Of a stretch of DNA of 64,000 bases, positions 1 through 12,409 are shown in pieces. Below the pieces are notes generated by a model. It saw nothing but the letters and a program-made list of their open reading frames with translations. It ran no database searches and was not told where the DNA came from. The stretch is taken from positions 15,841,037-15,905,036 of the forward strand of contig OZ316891.1 in assembly GCA_973895155.1 (NCBI GenBank), given 5' to 3'. Numbering within the stretch: the first letter of the stretch is position 1; the number at the start of each line of letters is the position of its first letter. This stretch comes from Marsupella aquatica. Lineage: Eukaryota; Plantae; Marchantiophyta. The translations under genes and the position numbers were made by a program.

Positions 1-283
1 GTCTGAGCCTTTTGTTTTCCCTAGCCAAGTTGAACAGGCTTTCTTTGCAGATGTGGAGGAGTCACATGGCTGGAGGGTGGTATGCCATAGCCAAGCACGG
101 AACAGGCGGATGGATGGAAGTAAAGTAGAGTTCAGTTTGGATGACCATGCTGCATTTGAGCATCCTAGTCATGAGACTGTACTTCAAACTCGGGCAGGGA
201 CTGACTACATCCCCTTAACATTGAGAGAGACATATGATGAACCTGGGCAAATGGAATATGATGAGGTTGATGATTTGCAATAG
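1..283 (+). pseudogene. C-terminal remnant of a CACTA/EnSpm TnpD-like transposase (DUF4216-like region)
   Basis: Frame from nt 2 reads SEPFVFPSQVEQAFFADVEESHGWRVV, homologous to SEPFTFPSHVEQCFYIPYP..EWSLV at the end of the CACTA transposase at 14626-14800. Confidence 0.7.
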
Positions 284-517
284 GCAACAGCTGGCGATTG
301 GCAAGTATGAGGTTGAGGATGACTACCTGCACAGAGTCACAGAACAGGAATTGCTGCCTGGAATGATGTTTAGGATAGTTGGATATGCATGAAATTGATT
401 GATACTTTGAATTTAGTGTGCTGATTCTCCCTGTTTGGTTGTGGGTGCTGTGCAGAAGCTATGGGGGAAGAGGGTGATGACATGGAGACAGACATGGGGC
501 TTGGAGAGTGGGGTGAA

Positions 518-1007
518 GAGAACAAGAATACTTATCTAGCACTATCTCAGTACAACTTAGACAACTTATTGCTCAGTATAGACTAAGCTCACACCACCTT
601 GAAGTAGAACAAGGGAGATGGAAGGATATTGACAGGAAAAAGAGGGTTTGTCAACTATGTGATAGCTCTAGTATAGAGAATGAATATCATGTATTCATTG
701 CTTGCAAGTTTTATGAGGGGGTTAGGATGGCATCTCAAATCTTGGTGAAAGATTTGTATGCATTGTTTGGTCTGCCCCCTCAGCAACTTGGAAGATATAT
801 CTTTGCGGTGGATAGGGAAAGGAGAATAGGTTTGGAAAATCTTTCAGGGCTCTCTAGGTCCATAGTTTCTTTGAGGACATAGTTGTCCTCTTCTGAGCAA
901 TCTCTTTTGGTTGCTCTTTTCTTTGATTGCATTGTACTTTACTTTTTGTGGCAGCTCCTTTGACTTTCATGGTCCCGGAGCTTATAATACATTACCATTA
1001 CCATTAC
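518..1007 (+). mobile_element. 5'-truncated RTEX-like LINE (family A), 3' end with (CCATTA)n tail
   Basis: Near-identical to the 3' end of the copy at 42466-46300; ends GAGCTTATAATACATTACCATTACCATTAC. Confidence 0.9.
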
Positions 1008-1626
1008 AATGGCCAACACACCCAACCAAGCTAAGAGCAAAACTTGAGCAAAAGGCTTTGCACAAACTTTGGCATGAACCTAGCCCACGGCAGCAATACT
1101 ACATGAGAGATGTGAACCCCATGAAGAAATATCGAGAACAAGAATACTTATCTAGCACTATCTCAGTACAACTTAGACAACTTATTGCTCAGTATAGACT
1201 AAGCTCACACCACCTTGAAGTAGAACAAGGGAGATGGAAGGATATTGACAGGAAAAAGAGGGTTTGTCAACTATGTGATAGCTCTAGTATAGAGAATGAA
1301 TATCATGTATTCATTGCTTGCAAGTTTTATGAGGGGGTTAGGATGGCATCTCAAATCTTGGTGAAAGATTTGTATGCATTGTTTGGTCTGCCCCCTCAGC
1401 AACTTGGAAGATATATCTTTGCGGTGGATAGGGAAAGGAGAATAGGTTTGGAAAATCTTTCAGGGCTCTCTAGGTCCATAGTTTCTTTGAGGACATAGTT
1501 GTCCTCTTCTGAGCAATCTCTTTTGGTTGCTCTTTTCTTTGATTGCATTGTACTTTACTTTTTGTGGCAGCTCCTTTGACTTTCATGGTCCCGGAGCTTA
1601 TAATACATTACCATTACCATTACCAT
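1008..1626 (+). mobile_element. Second 5'-truncated family A LINE, directly head-to-tail after the first
   Basis: Starts immediately after the previous tail (AATGGCCAACACACCC, i.e. WPTHPTK), encodes the C-terminal zinc-knuckle region and ends in (CCATTA)n. Confidence 0.9.
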
Positions 1627-2500
1627 GCTGGATGGCTATAACGTTCCACTCTGGACAAGGCTTCAATATTTCAGGCAACAAATCTGGTTTGCATATAAAA
1701 CCAAATCTCCACCAGGAGCTTAAAAGGAGCAAACTCATGGAGGGCTAGAAGTCCTGAATTTGCTTGTTCACAAGGGTTGCTTGTGACCTTCCCAAAGCAA
1801 GGAAGCGAGAATGCATGGCGTGCATATAGTGTCTCATCAAGGTCCTTAATGTATTTTGCTCCTGCACGTTCCCTCTCATTGCATTGTTCCAACCCATGTT
1901 CATGGCCCCGGAGCTTATAATACATTACCATTACCATTACCATCCAACAGATATGTAAATCTATAACAACAGAAAGATGGACATTTCCTTATGTTAAATG
2001 GAAACTAAGGATAAGTTAAGGCAATAAGTGAAAGACTTACTGTTTTTTGCTGTTAGCATAGACACAACCAATGAAGAATTGTTTCGCTGCCTTGTTGTAC
2101 CGATTCTTCACATTAGCCTGTAGATGTTGTGCACAGTTACCATGTACTTTACCGGGAAATACATCATGGACAGCAGCCAACAACCCTTTTTGGCGGTCAG
2201 AAATGAAAGGAATGTCTTCTGGTCCAATCCCATGTATAGCTTTTTCAAGTAGATGAAGAAACCATGTCCAATTATCAATATTCACGAAAGGAATGTCATT
2301 GGCAAATCCTTTCCAGAAGTGATATCGCCCTTGGGGATTTTCAGGTACTGGGAGATTTTTTTGATCCTCGTCTGGCACTGCAAAATCCACATCAAATTTG
2401 CCTACTGTCCATGCCCACTCAGGCCGAGCATCCATACCGTTGTCCATTGCTTCAAGAAAAGTTTTCGTGCCACTAATCACATTGCACCAATCCGTCCCTG
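1627..2500 (-). pseudogene. Canonical plant MuDR/MULE transposase remnant
   Basis: ORF 2037-2480 has FISDRQKGLLAAVHDVFPGKVHGNCAQHL (second catalytic D and CxxH). ORF 1671-1943 has RHAF..FGKVTSNPCEQANSGL (catalytic E). Interrupted by a tiny LINE tail at 1901-1943. Confidence 0.8.
1901..1943 (+). mobile_element. Minimal (~43 bp) family A LINE 3' tail insertion
   Basis: CATGGCCCCGGAGCTTATAATACATTACCATTACCATTACCAT matches the LINE terminus. Confidence 0.8.
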
Positions 2501-2583
2501 CAAGTCACCTCACAATTTACAGTAAACCCTAAGCAAAAACGTGACTTCACAGGTTGTTGCAAATCCTTCAATAAAACCTGGAA

Positions 2584-3709
2584 AATGGTAATGGTAATGG
2601 TAATGGTAATGTATTATAAGCTCCGGGACCATGAAAGTCAAAGGAGCTGCCACAAAAAGTAAAGTACAATGCAATCAAAGAAAAGAGCAACCAAAAGAGA
2701 TTGCTCAGAAGAGGACAACTATGTCCTCAAAGAAACTATGGACCTAGAGAGCCCTATGGACCTAGAGAGCCCTGAAAGATTTTCCAAACCTATTCTCCTT
2801 TCCCTATCCACTGCAAAGATATATCTTCCAAGTTGTTGAGGGGGCAGACCAAACAATGCATACAAATCTTTCACCAAGATTTGAGATGCCATCCTAACCC
2901 CCTCATAAAACTTGCAAGCAATGAATACATGATATTCATTCTCTATACTAGAGCTATCACATAGTTGACAAACCCTCTTTTTCCTGTCAATATCCTTCCA
3001 TCTCCCTTGTTCTACTTCAAGGTGGTGTGAGCTTAGTCTATACTGAGCAATAAGTTGTCTAAGTTGTACTGAGATAGTGCTAGATAAGTATTCTTGTTCT
3101 CGATATTTCTTCATGGGGTTCACATCTCTCATGTAGTATTGCTGCCGTGGGCTAGGTTCATGCCAAAGTTTGTGCAAAGCCTTTTGCTCAAGTTTTGCTC
3201 TTAGCTTGGTTGGGTGTGTTGGCCATTCATGTTCAGGAAAATCCCAAGCATGGGCCCACCTGCACACATCTGCATACCACCCTTTAGCTGAAGATGAGCG
3301 CAAGGCATGAAAAGGAAATCTGTTTTCCTCCAACTCTCTTACACGCATGATGTATTTGAGTGTGTGGAAGAGTGCCTCCACCTCCAAAGGAAACAAGCCT
3401 GCCTCTGCAAGTGTAAGTGCATATGGGGTTTGTGACTTGATCCCAAGCTCCATCTCAAGAAATAGCTTTTGCAGCCCCTCAATCTGTTGCCACCCAGATT
3501 TAGACACACCTGCTCCCCAAATTGGTGCTCCATAAAGAATGACTGGTTTCACCAAAGCTCCAAAGAGATGTTTCCTTAACCTCCAAGTGTGTAGACCAGC
3601 TCTTTTGCATTTGTTCATGAATGCATAAAAAGCTCTGTACCCATTGGCAGCCCTAGATTTTACACATGAGGCCCAACTCAAGTTTTGAGAGAACTCCACC
3701 CCAAGGTAT
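2584..3709 (-). mobile_element. 5'-truncated family A LINE (variant with 17-bp duplication near the ORF2 end)
   Basis: (TAATGG)n tail at 2584; ORF2 C-terminal third; CTATGGACCTAGAGAGC duplicated, giving GLSRSI twice. Confidence 0.9.
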
Positions 3710-4635
3710 ACTTGCGGGTACATATAGAACAAACGGGCAGGGCAGTACTTGACACAAAAAGGAATCTGATCACAATAATGACACACAACACCGCCCTCTT
3801 CGATAAAAGATCCGACAGCATACTGACCACTAAGCTTTGGAGTACCCTGCCATGCCTTAGCATTTGCCTTCTTCTTCCTTTGGAAGTACTCGCAGGACTT
3901 GTTCCGACATTCAATGAATCCCGTACAGGTAACCTTACCGAATTGCCAAAGTTTTTTTGGCTGAACGTTCGCGGTAGTTGGAAATATGCGTGTCCAAATG
4001 TAGCAATCTTTGGCACGGTCCATGTCCCTAAGCCTAGAGCCTTTAGAGAGCATCTTGTGAATGGGTGGCAATTCAAACACGACGTTCCCGTTGTACTTAG
4101 TTGGCAGACAGGAGATTTTCTCATGTCTGAAATCACCCGTTGATATGAACCTTGATAACTCGCTATGACCAGTGGATTTGAGTAACGTATCCATTGCACT
4201 CCGCCGATACACGACCTCCAACTGGTTAGAGCTTCCTGGAGTCTCACCTTTAACGACAGCATGTTGCGGGACTTTCATTTTCAACGTAGGACTTGGAGTG
4301 TGATCCCTATCTTCACTAGAAGAAATCTCGACAACATCAAATGGAACTTGGGGGACACTGGACGGTCCTTCATGTTGTCTTACTCAAAGTGAGTACGAAA
4401 TCCCCGCGTATAGATGCCAAAACCATTCACCATCATCCACATTGAATATTGCTGCATCTTCGATGTCATCACTGGTTTCGAGCTCTTGAACAATGGCCTC
4501 AATATCATTCATCCTCAAATCAAATCTCCCGCAAAGGTATCTCTCCCGGACCTGCTTGTATGTGTCTTCCACAGGGACGGGGATGGTCACAATATCTCCA
4601 GTCCCGAATCGGGATAGAACGATGGACCGAGACAT
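3709..4635 (-). pseudogene. N-terminal part of GCM-finger MULE-like transposase, family 1 copy A, truncated by a LINE
   Basis: Highly similar inverted copy of 58213-59140; contains ELPP..DMDRAKDCYIW..KVTCTGFIECRNKSC..CHYC..CPARLFY. Confidence 0.75.
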
Positions 4636-5598
4636 TGCAATCGAAAACAAATAACGAGGGCTATAATGTTTCGAGGAAGAAAAGTCTATGGTAATATGGA
4701 GCTTATATCAGTCGAACATGGGAACTTCACGTTAACAGATCCATTTGTATAAGACATAAAACATAGTCGACATAGGATCCGTTGGCGACATAAATGATTT
4801 TTGTCGTTTTTCCCCGATAAGTCCGGATGTCAAACGCATACATAATGCCAAAAAAGACACCACAAAAATCTTTAACAGACTCTAAGATATTGTATAGTTG
4901 GAACAATTTGAGTAGCGCCTGGCGCTAACTAAAATGTTTCAAACATAATATGCCCCAAATCTCGATATTCCATACTAGCGCCTGGCACTAGTATACAAAA
5001 AACCCTCCAGATATCCATCAATACTATGAAATAATTGGATTGAAATGATCAATGAAAATGTGAATTCTTTTAAAACTATGGATGAAAAATACTCGTTATC
5101 ACTAGCGCCGGGCGCTAGTACAGGATGCAAGTAATGTTTCCCAAAAACCATTAAAACAATAGACATTTCTTTAAATATGGGGTTGTTTTGGTGGAATTTA
5201 TGTATTCGAGGCACCATTTAAGACCTATTCTATAGCTGTTGTTTTTACTAGCGCCGGGCGCTGCCATGACAATCATCCAAATTATCTACTTCAAGGGAAG
5301 TTGTTTATAATAGCGCCCGATGCTAGTATTCCGAGTGAGGGAGGAAAATGGTCATAACGGTAACATTTAACGGTAACTTCTGAGTTCCGTGTGTGTTACG
5401 CTTCTTCTACCGCTTGATTTAGCTAATTAAGTTCTCAGCATACATACGTTGGAATCCGCCAAACTTACAAGCTTCTCGCTTTAATCGAAGAGTTCCGCTG
5501 AACTCCACCCTCCTTCTAGAATATATTACACATTGAGAGTTGATTAGAGTTCCATAATTTCATTGTACGATAGTTCATACGCTTCTGGAAGGAAGACG

Positions 5599-6762
5599 AT
5601 GGAGGTATTCTCCTCTTCATCCAGAGGGTATAGTGCTGTTCCTGACCAAGAGCGAGCTTATTCTGAATCCTCGCAGTCTTTGTTTACTGGTTCAGTTTAT
5701 ACACGTCGTGTAACTCGTTCCACAAAGTTGCTGCCTCCTACTTCTGTTAGCGCTGTTTTGGTTCCTAAATCTCTGCGTAGAAAGATGGAGAACCTCGACA
5801 CGATTGCGATCCAAGATGTTTTGGACTGCGCACTCGCAGAGACTGATCTCATCTCAAAACATGTCATGTGTTTTGGAAAGGATTCTCGTGGATTTGACAA
5901 GGAGCCGCCTCGAATCCCTCTATGCTGATTGGTTCATATGGAGGTGGTTCGCACTTTGCAGAAAGATAGCTCTTCCATCGAGAAGCTGAAAGACTCGTTT
6001 CGCAGTATGGGTTACAATTCATCCATAGAAATGCGTTTCTATGTGCAGCCAACAGATGAGAATGGAATTGTTCTGACCTGTACCCAGGAAATTCGTGAGT
6101 CATGGGATCCAATTTGGCAATTGGAGAACGAGAAGTTTGAGGCTGAATGCGAGGCCGATCCAGATTTTCTCGTGTTGAAGGATAAGATGTTCTCTGTCTT
6201 TGATGGAAATCACAGGCTGTACTCATGGACGCTTGTTACCGAGGAGAACCCTAACAATCCAAAATACCATCCTTGAGTGCTCTGCACAATATTTAAGGGA
6301 GACAAGGGATCTCTTATTGAAATTGAGGCAGCTATGCACACCGTGAATCAGTAAGTTCTCATTCTTTTCCGGTACCTTCTTTGAATCTTGCGAGTGTTCT
6401 ATTTAAGAGCGCTCGGCGCTGGTTATAGATAAATTGTACTTTGACTCTAACTTGCTGCATCTCTTCGTGTAGGCTTGGCCAAGCAGTTGTTGAGCCATCC
6501 TGGATTCTTGATGCAAATAGAATCAAACGAATTCAGGCGCATGACCTTGAGTATTACAGTAAACTGATTGACCCGGCTAATTTCAAGAAGTTTGAGAGCA
6601 TTCGGCTAAAGACTCGGAAGGGGTCATGGTATACGAAGAAGATGCCACAGGAAGCTCTTGGTTACATTCTATGTGAGAATAAGATAAAGTCCTATTCGCA
6701 CCAATTCAAGCTTGACATGGAGGCAGCCGAGGCTCAAGGGAGTCCCTGGTTGGTGGACGAGA
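5599..6762 (+). pseudogene. ParB/Srx-like domain gene, 5' part of the ParB-MTase-like fusion, family 1 copy A
   Basis: VRTLQKDSSSIEKLKDSFRSMGY..RFYV..FDGNHRLYSW; GT-AG intron 6351-6472; in-frame stops at 5926 and 6274; truncated by a LINE at about 6763. Confidence 0.7.
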
Positions 6763-6996
6763 TTTCTTTGAGGACATAGTTGTCCTCTTCTGAGCAATCT
6801 CTTTTGGTTGCTCTTTTCTTTGATTGCATTGTACTTTACTTTTTGTGGCAGCTCCTTTGACTTTCATGGTCCCGGAGCTTATAATACATTACCATTACCA
6901 TTACCATTACCATTGTACTTTACTTTTTAAGGCAGCTCCTTTGACTTTCATGGTCCCGGAGCTTATAATACATTACCATTACCATTACCATTACCA
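6763..6996 (+). mobile_element. Two tandem very short family A LINE 3' ends
   Basis: 3' UTR plus (CCATTA)n to about 6914, then a second partial 3' UTR plus tail to 6996. Confidence 0.85.
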
Positions 6997-7187
6997 ACTC
7001 CCCAACTTCTTTTGCATCAACATAGGACAGTCCACTGATCTGGAATCCTAATCCCAGCAGAAAATCTATCTCGGGATGGGAGAGGCAAGTCCCACGTTGA
7101 ACCTTGAGCGACTCGGGTGGGGGGGGGGGGTAGTTGAGCTAGAGTTCTGCGTCCTCGGCTCTTGTGACACTTATTGTTAGGACAGAA

Positions 7188-10100
7188 TTACAACAACTGG
7201 CGATGTGGAGACGATAATTGCAACTCGTGAATGGCGACTCCAACAATATCCCCTTGCGCGGACTTACATCCAGTCTCCTTGATGAGATTTCTACATTCAT
7301 CTCTTCCAAAAATGCTTCGGTCAACCAACCCGTTGCAAACTGGTCCAGCACCTCTATTGCTCCGCCTGAGATGCCAGGTCCCATAAGGAACATCAACCTT
7401 TCGGATGGAAGGGATCCTTTGGGAGGCATCCCGATGGTCGTCCCCGACATCACGCGAAGGTTGAGTCCCCATCTGCTCGGTATCATTGACATTACGACTT
7501 GCATCATTGTCATCTGAAATATGGATAACTCCAGGAGAGCAACCTCCGACAGGAGTTCCCAAAGTTGTGTTCCTTGCTATTTTTGGATCCGTAGAAGTCT
7601 CCAAAACATTGACGAAGCGGAATTCAGGATAGAGGTTACGCCTTTTTAGACCTGAAGGAGAAGCTGTTGTGCGTGACACTTTGTCATGTTTGTGGGAGTC
7701 ATTCTTGTGGATTGTAGCTGAAGCTTTCCCTTTCCTCTTCGTGGATGTTGTTTGGATATCGCCATGTAATGGTACTGTTCTATAGAATTCATACTTAGCT
7801 GAAGACTCAAGCAAAAGATTTGTTGCCTTTTCGTAAGCATCCATTGATCCCATAGCATCGGCGTTCCTATATGCTAACTCAAAAATGGTTGGCCCCTGGC
7901 CTTTGTGAACACCTTCACTGTAGGCAGTAAATGCAGCAATTTTCCCCGCAGCACGATTCTGGTCCACCTTACATGCTTCAATCAATCCCACTAGTTTCTT
8001 CATTTGGTAGGATCTCATGGATGCATGGACTGATTCCGCTCCAGTACAATTTGGCATCAAGGCTGACTCCATTGCGGTTTGTGTCTGCGAAAAAGTCCCC
8101 CGTCAAAAATGGACCTGATATGCTAGTGAGGTCGCTAGCAAAAAACAATGACGTCAAAGAGAAAGGAAATAGGACACTTACTATGCGGATGAAGTTCCCC
8201 CACTGCCTCCACCTCACTACCCACCAAGATATCCATCCTTGGAGAGATTTCAATTTCCCAGCATAGCAGTTGCCTTCCTTCCACCAATGATGGATTTTGT
8301 CGGCAACTCGGTATGCCTGAACATATGTTGGTTCTGTTCTCAGCCTTTCCCACATTTTATAGTGCTCCCGATGCCGATCTTCCTGAATACCCTCCAATGT
8401 GTGCAGACAAAGAGATTGAGCAAAGTGAAAGGCGTCATTGTGCTCCTTCTTTGGGTGACGGACCCCTCCAAAAAAACATTCCGAATGGCGATCCATCCAG
8501 CCTTGGCATTATCGGCAATAAATCCTCCAATGAGTGGGTCATGCACATCATGATCAGAGGCAACTTCAATCATATGTCTCCATGCGGTTTTGAGAGACAA
8601 GGAGTCCTCCGCACGGAGCTCACAAGTGAAGATGGTACAAGGGAACTTGTAATAATTATGGTCGTACACATGGGCGCTGAAGGTCAGCCACCCAGTGCTT
8701 ATTCTACGCATCACATCAGAACTAACCCATGCTCCTTCTAGCTCACCTCCACTCCTCATCTGCCTAAGAATATCGACACCAGAACCTGGGCCATTGGTAC
8801 TCATTTTGAATACATGACCCCGATCGGTCTTGCTCCCCTGGCCAGGGAAAAGGTACCTCTGAACGTAAGGAAAATTATTCCGGGCTTGCATCTCACAAAG
8901 TGAATCCAACTCACCTTTTTGTGGGTTATCCATTTTCATGCTCGGGAATATGGCCTGGAATTTCTCAACAGTGGACACAACCTTCATCGATTCCCAAATC
9001 TCTCTCTCTTCTTCTTTTGATAGTTCTGAAGAAGACTCTGGATGCAAAAGAGAAACCAGGTTTCCTATAGACTTGTTAAGAACACGCCCTGGCGTACACA
9101 CGGGATTCGCTTTATGAACACCAGAAACTATCTCCTCCGCCTGCTTTTTTGCCAATCAAGATTTCCCTTTCCAAACAACGTGGTCATGGAAACCCATATG
9201 AACAGCCAAATGTGACATATGTTTCGCAACATTTGACTCAAGAGACGGCTTAGGATAGACGTACAAAAGTTTAGCCGGACATTCGCGGATGCAGAGAGGC
9301 CTCTCCTCACAGAATCCGCACACCAACCCTCCTTCCTCCACAAGCTCACCAAGATGGAACGGCTCAGTAAATTGTCCCTTTCCTCGGAAGGAAGAGTCAT
9401 TTTTTGAACCGATGTGCTTCAACTTTCTACAGACCAGATTTTGACATTCAAGTACACCGGCACATCTTACTTTTGACATAGACCAATGGTTGCGGGGTTT
9501 GAGATTAGCTGAAGTTGTGAGAAGTCTCATCCATGGGTAGCCGTCATTATCCCTATCCATGTCCTGAAGACCATATCCTTGACGAAATTGACCTTTGACT
9601 GGAGGAAGCTCAAAAACGCAGTTCCCGTTGTATGAAGTAGGCAAAGTCTGCACTTGAATCTCCTTCCAATCGTTTCCCCTCCGGAAATTCGCCAACTCGC
9701 CTGACCCAGTAATATTGAGGAAGGCATCATATGCACTTACTCTATAAAGAACTGGCTGAGATTGAAACTCGTTTTGACTCACCGCTTCAAAAATGGCTTT
9801 CTCAAAAGACTTCGTAGAGACAGAAGAGAGATACACTCTCAGGGGAGATGTTGATAATTTTGAGTACTGCAAGTGACAGGCGAGTCGGCGATTCTGGATC
9901 TGAAACATTGATATGTGCAATGTCATCCTTACATGAGACTAGCTCTACAGCTGAACCACACTTCAGGTCCCAAGCTCTCTCTGGCAATATTCCTGAACCA
10001 TTATCCAACACCTCGTGACTTCTGGATCCATTCCGAGAGTAAAGAAGGAACAACTTCCACATGAAATCATCTTCCAAAAGCCCAAACCTCGATGAGAGGA

Positions 10101-10203
10101 AAGACTCCTTGACAGAGATAACATTATTCTTCGGAACATCTAGAACAACAACATCACCCGTCTTCTTTCTCTCGATCACAACCTTCGACCCCATAGAAGA
10201 CAT
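7188..10203 (-). pseudogene. GCM/WRKY-finger MULE-like DDE transposase, family 2 (stop and frameshifts)
   Basis: ORFs 9802-10242, 9156-9926, 8340-9155, 7978-8496 and 7188-8072 are collinear with 58213-61066. Motifs: KVRCAGVLEC..C..CGFC..CPAK..HMGFHDH, WVSSDVM, FIADNAKAGW, DAFHFAQS, NCTGAESVHASM. Probable intron about 8080-8180. Confidence 0.75.
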
Positions 10204-12409
10204 GCTGACAGTTTGGACATTACAGTCTACAACAATCCTCAAATGTGAGATACTTCGCTCTCCTCTTTCTCCAAATACATATGAGAAAACGTGCTTTTGT
10301 TGGTGTTTGATTCAACGTATTTATTTAATAAATACCTTTTCTTCCCGTTACCTAACCATTATTTTGTCTTATATGAAACTATTTAAGGAATGATAAAGCT
10401 AGCGAGATTGCTAGCTCAATCAACCATGTAAAATGGCTCAAAAATGTTCAAAACACCTTCACAAGTTCGTGGATTTAGTGACCAGTTTTTGGCTAGCGAT
10501 TAACTGACCATTATGACCATTTATATCCGTTGGAATTGGTCAACGGGTACCTCCATGTCAATGGTACGGTACTGTACAAGACACATGTCTCTTTGTTATT
10601 AGCTACTTTTCGTTCAGTCATGAGTTTGGTTCATCGTATTTTCGGAAGTACATGTATACCTGACGGTGTCTGAAAAATGATTTTGAAGAGCGTCGTACAG
10701 AATATCTGCATCTCTTTTCATGACCGGGCGCTGCATTTAGGTGAAAGCAACACACGAGGGTATGATTCTGTCTTTGACTGGATGATTGATTCTCGGGTTT
10801 AGAGGGTTTCTTTACGTTTGCAAAGCGTATCGCCCTCGACCTTGACCTGTTCATACCCTTATCACGTCACGGACCCGCTGATGGAGCCATTGTCTTCACC
10901 CGAGAGCTTGTCATCAATAGGATTGTTCAAGTCAGTCGAGTCAAGCCGAAGGGAGACAAGGTCTACTACGAACAAGAAGGCGCTCCAGGCAGGATTGAAA
11001 ACATCAAGGAGACCAAAGATGGTGAACCAAGTGGATGTTGTGAATCCTATGTTTCAACCTGGAGCTTCAAAACCCTATTTTGTTGTCATCAATCGCCATC
11101 TTTTCCCGTTTGGAAATGACAAATTTGGATTCCCCCTCGCTCCTCCGTGGATTCCTCTTTGTAGAATGCAAAATATGCAGATCGTTCAGTCCTTGCAAAC
11201 AAACTCGACTGCAATTGAGACACTCAAGAATGAATTCCGAACGCAGGGATACATCGAGGATGCACCTCGATTTTACGTACAAATGACCGACGAAGTTGGC
11301 CATGTCCAGATGTGCGACGATGTCATTTGGGAGTTGTGGGATGACATGTGGATTCTTCAAAATGAAGAATTCAAGAGGGAATGTGATTCTCATGAAGCTT
11401 TCAAAATTTTGAAAGACAAAATGTTTTGTGTTTTCGATGGAAATCATCGTCTCTACTCATGGATGCAGCTTACCGACGAGAATCCACATGATGTCAAATA
11501 TCATCCTTGAGTTGTTTGCCGAATTTTCAAGGGTGACAAGAACTCATTCGTGCAGATTGAGTCAGCCATGCATGCGTTGAATAGGTTTGTTTCTATTCCT
11601 TCAAGCAGTGAATTGTATATAAAATTCTTTCAGTTCCTCTTGTTAGCGATCTTGTTGACCTGTTTTTTTTTGTTCAGGTTGACTCAACATCACGTTGAGA
11701 ATTCTTGGGTCCTTGAAGCAGAGCGAGTCCAGAAGGTGCTCAGCAATGACCTTTCTATATACAAAGATATCATTGATGCAGACAACTACAAACTTTTCCA
11801 GCAAAAGATGGCAAATATCAGGAAACCGGCTTGGTATTCAAAGAACATGACACTCGATGCCTGCACGTACATTCTGTCTGCTACTAATATTGCAGCGCAG
11901 ACGGAAGATTTGAAGAAGAAGTTCCAGTTGAAAGAAGCGCAAGGAAAACCGCTTTCAAAAGCTGCGCATGACATGGCTATGAAAGACATGATGAAGGAGC
12001 AACTAGCAGATTGGAATGTGAAGGTGCCAAAGATTGGACCTCTTCTGAATCTTGAGTTTGGTGACTTTTTCCAAAAGTGTGTTGAGATGCACAACTCACT
12101 ACTACATATTTGCCAATTTTGCAAAGGCGTTTTACAAGAGGAAGAAAGCTTTGCAAGATTAATCTCATCGCTAAACTTGCGATACGATACGCATCGCACT
12201 TAGCGAATCTACACACATGGCAACACATAATTGCGAAACTTAGACCATCGCAACATTTTACGACACTTCAGGTATCGCAAAACATTTCCGAAGCAATTAC
12301 CATTGAACAAGTTAGCGATCTTTACCGCTTCGCAAATTCATTGAGATGCACCGGAAAACTAAATAGTTGCGAATATTTAAGCATCTCAAAATATTTTGCG
12401 AGTCTTATT

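Noticed and set aside
985-1007. (CCATTA)n/(TAATGG)n arrays as telomere-like or CRISPR-like repeats
   Set aside because: They are always attached to the LINE 3' UTR, have only 3-4 units and no spacers, and are not the plant TTTAGGG repeat.
911-1498. ORFs beginning MLFSLIALYFTFCGSSFDFHGPG (also 1527, 48600, 62960-63781) that look like signal-peptide proteins
   Set aside because: They are translations of the LINE 3' UTR and tail running into adjacent sequence.
2719-4284. 521-aa ORF apparently fusing a zinc-finger transposase N-terminus to a LINE C-terminus
   Set aside because: Chance in-frame junction at about 3709 between a truncated LINE and the transposase; the uninterrupted transposase is seen at 58587 onward.
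10881-12096. ParB and MTase-like sequences as bacterial or phage contamination
   Set aside because: The gene has GT-AG introns conserved between families, is interrupted by plant-type CACTA and LINE elements, and is contiguous with a spliced DnaJ gene.
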